Shown here: piece by piece, positions 27,175 to 36,528 of the stretch
Layout of the letters: each line of letters begins with the position of its first letter
Position numbering within the stretch: position 1 is the stretch's first letter
Source: Promethearchaeati archaeon
Lineage (GTDB): Archaea > Asgardarchaeota > Heimdallarchaeia > JABLTI01
DNA length: 41,401 nt
Reading direction: 5' to 3'
Assembly: GCA_013166835.1 (NCBI GenBank)
Contig: JABLTI010000014.1
Location: 1-41,401 of the forward strand
Made by a program: the position numbers and the translations under genes
Notes under the pieces: generated by a model
The model's database searches: none
Told to the model about the DNA's origin: nothing
Seen by the model: the letters and a program-made list of their open reading frames with translations, nothing else

Positions 27175-28167
27175 TTATGATAATCCCAAATGTATTTCTC
27201 TGCGTTTTTGATAATCGACTGGAAAATGATTTTGAATGAATACCTTATTGATTGGTAGTTCTTCTTTTAAAGAATCAATAATTGCTATGAGTGATTCATC
27301 TTCTACACCCCAAATGAATAGGTTCAATTGAGATTGTGCATTCTTCGCAAAAGATAAACTGTTTAACAATGATTGATATTCTGGAGTGTCTACGGCGTTT
27401 GGGAAAGCAGTCCAAGCAGATAAGTGAATTGTTGGATTGCCATATTTACTTATTACAGAAATATCTTGACCAAAATGTTCTAAGGCACCTTTTGCGGCAT
27501 TCATTGTAGGATCAATGTCTATTGTTATGTCTAAGTCTATTTCTTTTTGTGATTGTATGGATTCAGACAATTCCCTTAGAATAGTTTCAATTGCATCTTT
27601 TCGCCAAGTAATCCATTGATTCAACAGATTAGGATCCTTTTGCAAGTCACTCAGAGAAAAGATTCGATCAATACCATATCGATCAGAGAATCTTCTACAA
27701 CAATTTTCACAGAAACTATAATCCTCTCTTGGGAAACGAATGTTGTCAAGTACCATTCCTTTTACAGGGAAACCTATTATTTCACTTATTATTGATTTCA
27801 GGTAATTAGTATATGAAGTTTTAAATGGATCAACAAAATCACTGTTTGGATTTCCACCGTCTTTTATTGCAGAATAACCAGGATTATTTGCTAGAAATGA
27901 ATCAGCTAAACCATTTACAAAACCATAGACCTTAATGCCAATGGAATCAGCTATTGTTGAAAATGTTGAAAAGAATTCATTCGTCTCACGATCAGTTGGA
28001 GCTGTAGTGCTTCTATAATGCACAAAACCGGAACTGGATTTACCAACTACAGCAACCTCACTTAAAAAGCCACCATTTTCTGCAAGGAATTCATCTGGGC
28101 TTTGTTTAAGAAAAACTGGATCGATTACAGGAATAAGATTATGACTTGATATTGTTCGGATATCCAT
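27175..28167 (-). CDS. Glycoside-hydrolase-like TIM-barrel protein (GHL10/DUF187-like)
   Basis: GIKVYG, FVDP, GMVLDNIRFP, FCENCCRRF, QWITWR, GQD. Confidence 0.65.
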   Translation of the reverse strand: MDIRTISSHNLIPVIDPVFLKQSPDEFLAENGGFLSEVAVVGKSSSGFVHYRSTTAPTDRETNEFFSTFSTIADSIGIKVYGFVNGLADSFLANNPGYSAIKDGGNPNSDFVDPFKTSYTNYLKSIISEIIGFPVKGMVLDNIRFPREDYSFCENCCRRFSDRYGIDRIFSLSDLQKDPNLLNQWITWRKDAIETILRELSESIQSQKEIDLDITIDIDPTMNAAKGALEHFGQDISVISKYGNPTIHLSAWTAFPNAVDTPEYQSLLNSLSFAKNAQSQLNLFIWGVEDESLIAIIDSLKEELPINKVFIQNHFPVDYQKRREIHLGLS

Positions 28168-28321
28168 TGTCTAGTTTCCCACACACAACTACCATAATGC
28201 TAGTCAAAAAATGGTACTTATTGAATTTAATATTTGCTGTTGTGCAATAAATGAGATTTTTACAGCAAAACTTACTTCAATTATTAAAAATAAGAAAAAA
28301 ATAGAAGAAAATAATCTTGGA

Positions 28322-28615
28322 TTATTTCTTTTTCTCTTTTGTTTCTTCTACGCTTTCAAAATCCTCAAGATCAATTGGTGCTGGTGGTGGTGTTCGTGCC
28401 ATTGTCCAACCAATCCAAGCTGCGATGAGCAAAACAATAACCATTCCTAATATAACAGGAGCAGCAATCAAAATAGTTGTAATTTGATTACTAACAAAGG
28501 GAGCAGAAGCATTCCATTCAGCAAGACCCCATATTGTAAAGGTAGCCCATGCACCTAAAAATAGGAGTGAAAGTGAAAATATCGAGTATCCAGCAAGTTT
28601 GTCCTTCATAACCAT
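28322..28615 (-). CDS. Small two-TM archaeal membrane protein
   Basis: Two hydrophobic helices followed by AWIGWTMARTPPPAPID and a charged tail. Confidence 0.8.
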   Translation of the reverse strand: MVMKDKLAGYSIFSLSLLFLGAWATFTIWGLAEWNASAPFVSNQITTILIAAPVILGMVIVLLIAAWIGWTMARTPPPAPIDLEDFESVEETKEKKK

Positions 28616-28779
28616 TTATCCTTCCATTTATATAATTGTTCAATGTGTGCATAAGAACTTTTCTTTTTATATTTTTTTCGTTTCATTGTCGAAATTAAGT
28701 TGTGTTTCTTTAAGCAAAAAAAGAAAAAGAAAAATTTTTCTCGAATTTCATTATCAGAGATTCGAGAATTCTTTGTTTT

Positions 28780-29796
28780 CTACCCAAACAATGAACCTAT
28801 TCCAGAGTCTTCGTCTTCCTCTTCTTCCTCAGCAGGAGTAGGAACTTCTTCCTTCTTCTCTTTTGGCTGAGTTTTTACAGCAGTTGATTGAGCTGCCGAT
28901 AGGATTTCTGGAGGAATAACACTTGGATCTTTAGAAGCAATTAGTTTAGCTAATATCATTGCTTCTAGTTGTGTTTTAGCTAGAACATTACTGGCAGTTT
29001 CAGGAGTAATAAAGCTAGATTCTACTGCTAAACTGAGAGCTGCTCTTCTTGCACGGCCAATTAATTCAGTGAGATTATCTTTGGTTGGAATTGCAGCCTC
29101 TATTGAAAGAGAGATTGCATTTTGATGTGCTTTTACTAAATCATTCATGATTCCATCAAAATCAACAATTAATTCATCATGAACTAAAAGAGAACCTCCA
29201 CTATAGATTGCATTTACTGATAATCCAGCGTCAAATGGTTCAATACCGAGTCTACCTAATACGTTGGCAAGTGTTCTTGATACTTTATCTCCTGATTGGC
29301 AAACAACAGAATCTTCAATGATTTTTATGGTACCACCATCAATTCTGGTTTTCAAACCAATAGATTGTAATTCACCAATTACAGGACCTGGTGCAAAACC
29401 AGTATCACGTGCGGTTATGGTTATTTCTTTAGGAGCAATTTGTCCTTCCTTTGCAGGTGTTGGGATTTTCTTTTTCTCGAGAAAATTAGCAACTTTGAAG
29501 GGATTTCCATTTGTTAGAATGAAAGCGCAGGAACCATCTACGTATTTTATTAGTTTAGATATGCCTTTGTCTTTCTTAGCTATTTCTTTTAATGCTAAAA
29601 GCATCAAGGTATTCTTCGCAAGTTTGAGTATCGCGTCTTGTCTCATATCAGTTCTTAATCGTTGTATAGTTTTAGAAGTAATGTTTTCAACTTTAGTTAT
29701 ACCTACGGTTTTGTATTGGTTGAGTAAATCTATCAGTTCAGTAAGTTGTTTCTTCTTTGCAACATGTGGTTCGTGTTTATATGCAGATTTACTCAT
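28780..29796 (-). CDS. rplP0: 50S ribosomal protein L10/P0 (uL10)
   Basis: KNTL, NPFK, PAKEG, DTGFAPGP, acidic hinge and GIGSLFG terminus. Confidence 0.96.
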   Translation of the reverse strand: MSKSAYKHEPHVAKKKQLTELIDLLNQYKTVGITKVENITSKTIQRLRTDMRQDAILKLAKNTLMLLALKEIAKKDKGISKLIKYVDGSCAFILTNGNPFKVANFLEKKKIPTPAKEGQIAPKEITITARDTGFAPGPVIGELQSIGLKTRIDGGTIKIIEDSVVCQSGDKVSRTLANVLGRLGIEPFDAGLSVNAIYSGGSLLVHDELIVDFDGIMNDLVKAHQNAISLSIEAAIPTKDNLTELIGRARRAALSLAVESSFITPETASNVLAKTQLEAMILAKLIASKDPSVIPPEILSAAQSTAVKTQPKEKKEEVPTPAEEEEEDEDSGIGSLFG

Positions 29797-29797
29797 T

Positions 29798-30445
29798 TTA
29801 GTTCACCTCTATCTTCACAGATCCACCCATGGTTGTTTTTATCATAGCCGATCTAATGTTTTGAATTCCATTTTCAAGCCTACTTTCTAAAGCATGTATT
29901 ACAGCTTCTATGTTTTCTGCTACAGCTTTAGCATCCATTTTCACTGTACCAACTTTTGTTAAGACTACAGGATTTTCTTTAATCCTTAGCTTTGAAGTTC
30001 TTGTGAATCGTTCAAGCATGATTGGTATATCAGCATTAGGTACAAGTGGTTGTGGCATTTTTCCTCGAGGAGCTAGATATTTACCGAGAAACCTAGCTAT
30101 AAGAGGCATTAATGATGGTTCAGCTAGAAAGAAATCATGTTCTACTGCCATTTTTCTAATATCTTTAGGTGATTTACCTAAAGCTTCTAATTCAGTTCTC
30201 CCAAGGACAGTTTTTACCCCAGCATTTCTTGCTCTTACGGCGAGCTCACCGCCAGCAAAGATTGCTACGGTGGGTTTCTTCCTAAATGGATGAGGTAAAG
30301 TTGTTTGGAAGTTGAACCGGTTACTAGGTATTTTAAGATCTAAATCCTTGAAATTTATTGAGAGATCAATGCTCTCTACAAACTTCCGTTTTTTAGAAGC
30401 TTTTTTACACTTAGCAATCTGTTCTGTTAATTTATTTACATCCAT
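29798..30445 (-). CDS. rpl1: 50S ribosomal protein L1 (uL1)
   Basis: KRKFVESIDL, LAPRGKMP, NIRSAMIKTTMG. Confidence 0.96.
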   Translation of the reverse strand: MDVNKLTEQIAKCKKASKKRKFVESIDLSINFKDLDLKIPSNRFNFQTTLPHPFRKKPTVAIFAGGELAVRARNAGVKTVLGRTELEALGKSPKDIRKMAVEHDFFLAEPSLMPLIARFLGKYLAPRGKMPQPLVPNADIPIMLERFTRTSKLRIKENPVVLTKVGTVKMDAKAVAENIEAVIHALESRLENGIQNIRSAMIKTTMGGSVKIEVN

Positions 30446-30488
30446 ATTATTCCGCTTCTGTCAATTTTAGTATTCCATCTTTTTGCAA

Positions 30489-30530
30489 GCCATGCACCAA
30501 AGAAATTATCTTTGTTAATATGGGCATGGT
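30489..30530 (-). promoter_or_regulatory. Stem-loop in the 5' leader of rpl1-rplP0
   Basis: mRNA sense CCAUGC-CCAUAUUAA-CAAAGA-UAAUU-UCUUUG-GU-GCAUGG: two 6-bp helices separated by an asymmetric internal loop. Confidence 0.5.
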
Positions 30531-30612
30531 GACAGTAATACGCGTTTTATGAGTAAGAAAGAAGAAAAATAATCTATTATTAAATATTACTATCAATAAT
30601 AGGATTAAATTG

Positions 30613-31470
30613 TTATTTGTTATCAATTAATAAATTAAAAAATGCAGAAAAATCTAAAAGATTATTGTGGTCAGCTGTGAAATACTTTGATCCTTGACCA
30701 ACCATTATTTTTCCTAAGTTAGACATTAATTCAGAAGTATTTAGGAACCAAAAATTTTTCTTCTCTTCTTCAGACATGTGATTGCTAAACACTTTCAATA
30801 AGGAAGATAGTTTCTTTTGAGCCAATTTTATTTCTTCTAATTCCTTGTTTTCTAGAATTATGGTAACAGATGCAGTAGTATGGTAATCAGATCGTTTTTT
30901 CTTTGTTTCTTTCTGGATATCTATGTTCATTCTCCCTAATGATAAATGTGAATAGAAATCATTCAGGAAGTAAATCAAATCTCCCTTATTCGAATCGTTG
31001 GTGAAAAACAATTTTGCTACGGAAAGAAAGGTTTTGCTCTTTTCCAAAGATATTTGGTACAGTCCAGAAGCAATTTCATAAATAGAATTTGGTATGGAAT
31101 CAAGTATTTGCTGCAGTGTTTGTTTGGAATCCAGAATTTTCACTTTCAATTTTAGATCTGCTAGAAACCTGATCAACGTATTTATTGTAGTTTTAACCTT
31201 AGTTAATAATTCTGTCTGATTTTTTCCTGTGAAGTAAATATACAGTAACAATTTAGGTTTATTCAATTCATTTCTTTCAAAAACGAAGGTATATCTAGTA
31301 ACATTTTGTAAAAGCAAACCATATATTGGTTGGTTTATTTTTTGTGGGATTCTTATCTGTTTATTAAAATCAGTGGCTAAATGTATTTGAAGTGGCACTA
31401 TGAGTGTTAACTTATCTGAGTCTTGTAACAAAATTCCACTTTTGTAGGTTCGTGCATTTTTCAGAGACAT
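30613..31470 (-). CDS. Hypothetical protein, co-oriented with nob1 and NAD kinase
   Basis: 285-aa ORF starting 3 bp after the nob1 stop; no motif recognised. Confidence 0.65.
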   Translation of the reverse strand: MSLKNARTYKSGILLQDSDKLTLIVPLQIHLATDFNKQIRIPQKINQPIYGLLLQNVTRYTFVFERNELNKPKLLLYIYFTGKNQTELLTKVKTTINTLIRFLADLKLKVKILDSKQTLQQILDSIPNSIYEIASGLYQISLEKSKTFLSVAKLFFTNDSNKGDLIYFLNDFYSHLSLGRMNIDIQKETKKKRSDYHTTASVTIILENKELEEIKLAQKKLSSLLKVFSNHMSEEEKKNFWFLNTSELMSNLGKIMVGQGSKYFTADHNNLLDFSAFFNLLIDNK

Positions 31471-31473
31471 CGT

Positions 31474-32046
31474 TCAAGCCTTTTTCTTTCTAATTTTCTT
31501 TTTGTGTGTTTTTCGCTTCATTTTTGTTCCGCATTCAATACAACTATCTGTTTGTGTTTTACTTTTGTTACCACAGCCAGGACAAATCCAAAAGTATTCA
31601 TGAATTGAAGTTATGCCTTTCCAATGAATTCCCTTACAAACCAACCCAATATGTGTAGCTAAGTTTTGTATGTCATAATCATCACTCAAGATTATAACAT
31701 CATGTTCTTTCTGGCGTAATGATTTTGCTGTCGCTAGAACTGCAAGATCGCAATCAGATAGCTCATGGATGTCACCTGTCACTCTTGCTTGTTTTCTAAT
31801 TTCTAAGAGAATCACTTCATCGGGTACTATAGTCTGTAATTCTTCATATAATAAAGCCTCTTCAATGAGTGCTTCACCTCGCATCATTCCCCTTACTTCT
31901 TCCAAAACACATTGAGGGATATATTTTACACCAGAAATATTATGGGTTAAAACACCGTTGTAAATTGCAGATGCATCAAGTACATAGCTATTGTTGCTAT
32001 CTAATTGGGAACTTTTTGATTTATTCTTTTTAGTCACACAACCCAT
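31474..32046 (-). CDS. nob1: Nob1 family endoribonuclease (PIN plus Zn ribbon)
   Basis: YVLDASA, VLEEV, TGD..LSDCD, SDDYDIQN, CPGCG..CIECG. Confidence 0.92.
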   Translation of the reverse strand: MGCVTKKNKSKSSQLDSNNSYVLDASAIYNGVLTHNISGVKYIPQCVLEEVRGMMRGEALIEEALLYEELQTIVPDEVILLEIRKQARVTGDIHELSDCDLAVLATAKSLRQKEHDVIILSDDYDIQNLATHIGLVCKGIHWKGITSIHEYFWICPGCGNKSKTQTDSCIECGTKMKRKTHKKKIRKKKA

Positions 32047-32054
32047 CCTCTTGA

Positions 32055-32894
32055 TTAGAAGTCAAGTTTATCTTGTAAGCGATTGAAAAATCCATAATCC
32101 GGAAAGCGCACGAAAACGGTTTCATTAGGTGCTTGAGTTATCTCTAAAACTGAGTTATTCTTGAATTTCCCTTCAAACAGTCCATCGTTAATAACAACTA
32201 CCTCATCCTCAAATGGTTCAGGAACAGTTATAGTAATTTTTGATTCACCTGGAACAACAAAGGGTCGTATTCGTCTTGAAACACTATTAACAGGAACAAT
32301 CTGCATTGCTTTAATTCTGGGCTCGAGTATGGATCCTCCTGCAGATAAAGCATAAGCTGTGGATCCTACCGGAGTTGAGACCATTAAACCATCTAGTAAA
32401 TGGTGACCTAAATTGAAGCTGTTTACAGAAATGTTTAGATGACAAATATGAGCACTTAATTTATTGGTTGCATAGGCTTCATTTAGAGCTGTTGGGAGTT
32501 CCTTTCCATCTAAAGTAACCTTAAGACGCATGCAATGCTCCAGAATGTAATCTTTTTTCATTAAACGGTTAAGACCTAATTCTTTGTCTTCTAGAGTTGC
32601 TGTTGTAAGAAAACCAAGATGACCAGCATTAATTCCAAACAAAGGAACCTCATTTGAATACCGAGCCGCCCAGAGAATAGTACCATCTCCACCTAAAGCT
32701 ATGATTAAATCAAATTCCCTTATTTTTTCAATCTTTACTGATTTATCATAATCAATTTGATTAGCAAAAGACTCATTGAGATAAACATCTAGTTTATATT
32801 TCTCGGTTAAAATGTCAATAACTTCTTGACATTTCTTTGTGATTCGATCCTTTGGTAATCGTGATACTACTGCGATTTTATCGAACTGAGACAT
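32055..32894 (-). CDS. nadK: NAD kinase
   Basis: GGDGT, GINAGHLGFLT, ALNE, DGLMVSTPVGSTAYALSAGG. Confidence 0.96.
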   Translation of the reverse strand: MSQFDKIAVVSRLPKDRITKKCQEVIDILTEKYKLDVYLNESFANQIDYDKSVKIEKIREFDLIIALGGDGTILWAARYSNEVPLFGINAGHLGFLTTATLEDKELGLNRLMKKDYILEHCMRLKVTLDGKELPTALNEAYATNKLSAHICHLNISVNSFNLGHHLLDGLMVSTPVGSTAYALSAGGSILEPRIKAMQIVPVNSVSRRIRPFVVPGESKITITVPEPFEDEVVVINDGLFEGKFKNNSVLEITQAPNETVFVRFPDYGFFNRLQDKLDF

Positions 32895-33035
32895 AAGTAC
32901 ACATCAACTCTTAAGAGACATATACAGAAAAGAATAAAAAAATAACTAATAATCTTTCGTAGATAGAGGATAAAAAAAGGGTAAAATAGTGGAAATCCTT
33001 TTTATTTCCAATAAAAACAAAAAATGAGTTAACAT

Positions 33036-33141
33036 GGGCAGGTAGTCTAGCACGGTATGATACTTGGTTCGGGTTTAAATGAGACGAACTCTTTAACGGA
33101 AAATCAAGTGGTCGCGAGTTCGAATCTCGTCCTGCCCACCA
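33036..33141 (+). tRNA. tRNA-Pro(CGG) with 29-nt intron at 37/38 (33074-33102) and encoded CCA
   Basis: Acceptor GGGCAGG/CCTGCCC-A-CCA; anticodon stem CTTGG/TCAAG; anticodon CGG at 33070-33072; T arm GCGAG-TTCGAAT-CTCGT; BHB with helix TTCG/CGGA and bulges GGT and AAA. Confidence 0.95.
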
Positions 33142-33160
33142 CTTAAGACTAGAAATATTA

Positions 33161-33985
33161 TTAGGTTATTTTTAGATGCTGTTCAATTTTTTGAATTGTA
33201 GGTTCAACGGATTCTAAAAGTGGGTTGTTACTGGATTTAAAAATAAAAGCAGCATTTTTCAGATACTTCAGTGCTTCTTTAAGATCCCCCTCATCATATC
33301 GTTTTAATCCAAGATTTAAGAGTAAATCACCAAATTCCTCTTCTCTTTCTTCTGAGAGTGGGATTGAATATTTTTTACTGAATCTTCGAGCGATAATATA
33401 TGCCTTCATTGCTTCCTCAAATTTCCCGAGTTTATTGAGGATCTTTGATTGATCGAGTGCAATATTAATTACTAATTGTGGTTCTTTACTTTTCTGAGCT
33501 AATTCAATCGCGTCATTCAAGATATTAATTGCTTTTTCCCCATCGTCGTCTTTTTTGTAAATAATTATTGCTAGATTCTTCAACCCTCTTGCTCTTCCTT
33601 TCTTATCTGGAGTTCCTTTTCTTAGCTTAAGAGCATTAATTTGGTATTCTTCCGCATACTTTAATTCATCTTGCAGCATAAAGCTTATGGCAATATTATC
33701 GTAACAATCAGCCATGCCTATTTTATGACCATAGTTTTTGAAGGCGAGATAGGCTCTTTTGTAATGGTTTCTTGATTCGATCATATTTCCTTTTTCAAAA
33801 AAAATCTCAGCTAAAATTCTATGAATGTCTGCTAAAATTACGTGTTCAGTTGAATTTCTAAAAAATTGAAGGGCTAATTCTAAAGCATTAAATGCTTTTT
33901 CTGCATTCCTTGCTTCATATGCTTTTTTTCCTTGCAAGTATTGCATTGATGCTTCTTCTTTTTGCTTTTTCTTAGACATCTTCAT
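33161..33985 (-). CDS. Tetratricopeptide-repeat protein
   Basis: Repeated helical pairs, e.g. GMADCYDNIA, ARGLKNLAIIIY, LGKFEEAMKAY, GDLKEALKYL. Confidence 0.88.
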   Translation of the reverse strand: MKMSKKKQKEEASMQYLQGKKAYEARNAEKAFNALELALQFFRNSTEHVILADIHRILAEIFFEKGNMIESRNHYKRAYLAFKNYGHKIGMADCYDNIAISFMLQDELKYAEEYQINALKLRKGTPDKKGRARGLKNLAIIIYKKDDDGEKAINILNDAIELAQKSKEPQLVINIALDQSKILNKLGKFEEAMKAYIIARRFSKKYSIPLSEEREEEFGDLLLNLGLKRYDEGDLKEALKYLKNAAFIFKSSNNPLLESVEPTIQKIEQHLKIT

Positions 33986-34130
33986 CCTCTAGCTCTGATA
34001 AGTCTTGTTAAAATACGTTTTCAAGTTTAAATATTGACAATTACTATTATAAATAATTCATATACATTTCTTTTAACTAGTAAAATATCTTATATTTACA
34101 TATTTGAAAAATCTAATGGGGACTTGAAAC

Positions 34131-35231
34131 TTGGCAAAGCGAATTGATCTTAAACGACCTTCTTTGCATCTAGATTATTTTAGGGATAACAAGGAAAGAA
34201 TTTGTCAAGTTTTGACCTGGCATCATCCTTCAGATAGAAGGTTATGTATTGTAAAATATGATCTTGGAGATAGTTATTGGATCTCTCGAGAGACGGGAAA
34301 AAGGTATAAACGTATTTTGAAAAGCTATAGTCTTGAAGGACAAGATGATAATTTACAATTTGTGAAGGAAATAGAACCTAGTTATTTGTATCATAGTGTA
34401 ATGTATGGTGTTGATTTTCTAGCTGTCCCATTCGAGAGGATTAAACATTATTATTATCCAGAAATAAGATTACAAGAAATCATTCAAGAAAATACTAAAC
34501 TAGACAAGTTAGAGCGAAAAGTCAAAGTGCTTGCAGAGTTACTACATGAGCATCTCAAGATTCCTTTTGAAAATATGGGAATCACAGGATCCATTCTATG
34601 GAAAGGCCAGACAGAAAAATCAGATATTGACTTCATGATTTATGGGAATAGCTTTGCTCAAGATTTTAATGAACAATTTCCAATAATTTATGATAAGTAT
34701 CCTGAGATTAAACCAATGTCTTCAGATAAAAGTAAAAGATATGCAGAAAGCATAGGTCGAAAAGCAGGATTACCAATCTCAATATCTACAAAATATGTGG
34801 CAAAAAAGAAATGGTTGTCAGTTTATGGTAATACAGATTTATCACTAATTTTTAGTCCGACTCCTGAAGAAATACCGTTTAACTATGGAGAACAAGAATT
34901 TACCCCTATAAAATCAATTGATGTTGAATGCGTTATATCAAATTCAGATTTAGGGTATGCATATCCAAGTATCTATGAAATTAAAGACTGTAATATTTTG
35001 TCTGAAAATTCATCTACATTTAATTTACCAATAGTTAGAATACTGTCTTTTGAAGGCGCTCTTACTGGATTCTTTAAAAACGGAGATTCAGTAATCGTTA
35101 GGGGATTATTAGAAAAAGTGAATGATAGAAAAAATAATGTGAAGTATTATCAGATTATTCTTGGTACAAAAGAATGTGGAGGGAATGAATTCATTCTTTT
35201 TAAAGAAGATTATCAAAAGCTTCTTAGCTAA
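34131..35231 (+). CDS. Archaeal Pol-beta-family nucleotidyltransferase with C-terminal OB-like region (COG1665-like)
   Basis: GITGSIL...SDIDF; C-terminal GDSVIVRGLLEKV. Confidence 0.85.
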   Translation: MAKRIDLKRPSLHLDYFRDNKERICQVLTWHHPSDRRLCIVKYDLGDSYWISRETGKRYKRILKSYSLEGQDDNLQFVKEIEPSYLYHSVMYGVDFLAVPFERIKHYYYPEIRLQEIIQENTKLDKLERKVKVLAELLHEHLKIPFENMGITGSILWKGQTEKSDIDFMIYGNSFAQDFNEQFPIIYDKYPEIKPMSSDKSKRYAESIGRKAGLPISISTKYVAKKKWLSVYGNTDLSLIFSPTPEEIPFNYGEQEFTPIKSIDVECVISNSDLGYAYPSIYEIKDCNILSENSSTFNLPIVRILSFEGALTGFFKNGDSVIVRGLLEKVNDRKNNVKYYQIILGTKECGGNEFILFKEDYQKLLS

Positions 35232-35259
35232 TTTTTTCGTGATTCCATTAAATCTCATT

Positions 35260-35739
35260 CTAGAAATTTATATAACCCATATCCCAAACAGTTCTAGCAA
35301 GTACAGATAATATTGAGAATGTAGTATTAATTAGAATACATATTATTGGAAGTATTACTTGTTTATCTTTTATCAAAGCAACAACACAGATTATTGTTGA
35401 AATTAATGCAAATCCATAACCAAACAAATTAACATAAAAACAAGGTATTACAAAAGTGATTGTTGCTATAATTGTAAAAATAAAACCAATAATGCCTAGT
35501 ATTATTCTTTTTTTAGATCTGATAGTTTCTTGTTGTAATCTAGTGGTTGTTCTTTGAACTACCACATCATTTGAAGAAGCAAGTTTCAGTAGCTCAGGTT
35601 CCTTTTTTGGTTGATCCTCTATCTCGATTTCTTTAACAGCAATACCGCAATTATTACAAAATTGATCTTCAATTTTTACTTCATGACCACAAGAAGAACA
35701 AAATCCCGTTTTTGTTTCATCCATAAAATAACTCTCCAT
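35260..35739 (-). CDS. Zn-ribbon membrane protein
   Basis: FCSSCG..FCNNCG followed by three hydrophobic helices. Confidence 0.8.
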   Translation of the reverse strand: MESYFMDETKTGFCSSCGHEVKIEDQFCNNCGIAVKEIEIEDQPKKEPELLKLASSNDVVVQRTTTRLQQETIRSKKRIILGIIGFIFTIIATITFVIPCFYVNLFGYGFALISTIICVVALIKDKQVILPIICILINTTFSILSVLARTVWDMGYINF

Positions 35740-35913
35740 TACTATTAAATTATCATTAATTAGATTCTAATAACTACTTTTGTTATCCCTTTGATTAAAA
35801 CTTTCTATCGGATTAGATGCAAAGGTGTAAAATGTTCGGAAAAATGATACAAAAGAAAGATTATTATTATCTTAAGTAGAAATTTTATTTCGTAACCGGA
35901 TGGAGCTACGAAT

Positions 35914-36276
35914 ATGTCCGAGAAATTGGTAAACACAGCTACTGAATTTCGTGATGAGATTCCTGAACTAGAAGGTCTTCTAATTGGAAAATTAGATGGT
36001 ACCAAATTATGGGGTGACACACTCAAAGATTTGAATCATGAATTCATTCTCTCGAGTGCTTCAGTTGCTGTTCGTGCAACAAAGAAAATCAGCGAAGCAA
36101 TTGATAAAAAGAGTATTAATCAACTGGATGTCGAAATATCCGGTGGTTATGTTACTATTATTGTATTAAAGAAAGGCTTAGTGCTTGGATTTTATGGTGA
36201 AGATGCCAGAGCGCAATTAGGTATCATTAAAAAGAATCTAAGTACTTTTGCTCAAAAAATTGAAAAATTAATTTAG
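35914..36276 (+). CDS. Roadblock/LC7 domain protein
   Basis: IPELEGLLIGKLDG, central helix, GGYVTII, AQLGII; 120 aa. Confidence 0.8.
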   Translation: MSEKLVNTATEFRDEIPELEGLLIGKLDGTKLWGDTLKDLNHEFILSSASVAVRATKKISEAIDKKSINQLDVEISGGYVTIIVLKKGLVLGFYGEDARAQLGIIKKNLSTFAQKIEKLI

Positions 36277-36528
36277 GAAGAATTCTTTTTTTCCTAATCA
36301 TTTCTCTTTCACACTTATCTGTATGTAAACTAGTCGTAAGGATACAATCTAGATAATACTACACCTTTTTGATAAGGTTAGATATCATCTATCAAACAAA
36401 GGTCTCGAAAGACATTAAAATAAGTTATAACTTGCGAAACAATTATAGCTTTAATAGAATAAATATTATTAATAATAATACCCGAAAGAATTATTGTCGG
36501 ATGTTAATATTACCACTAAGAGGAACTG

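Noticed and set aside
29264-30293. Long + strand ORFs (208 aa and 127 aa)
   Set aside because: Antisense shadows of rplP0 and rpl1 with no motifs
33142-35739. Island inserted at tRNA-Pro, or nucleotidyltransferase as a CBASS/toxin-antitoxin component
   Set aside because: No integrase or duplicated tRNA 3' end seen; the NTase resembles a common stand-alone archaeal family and has no HEPN or effector neighbour
35914-36276. Profilin
   Set aside because: Similar size, but the central-helix and C-terminal LGII pattern fits roadblock better
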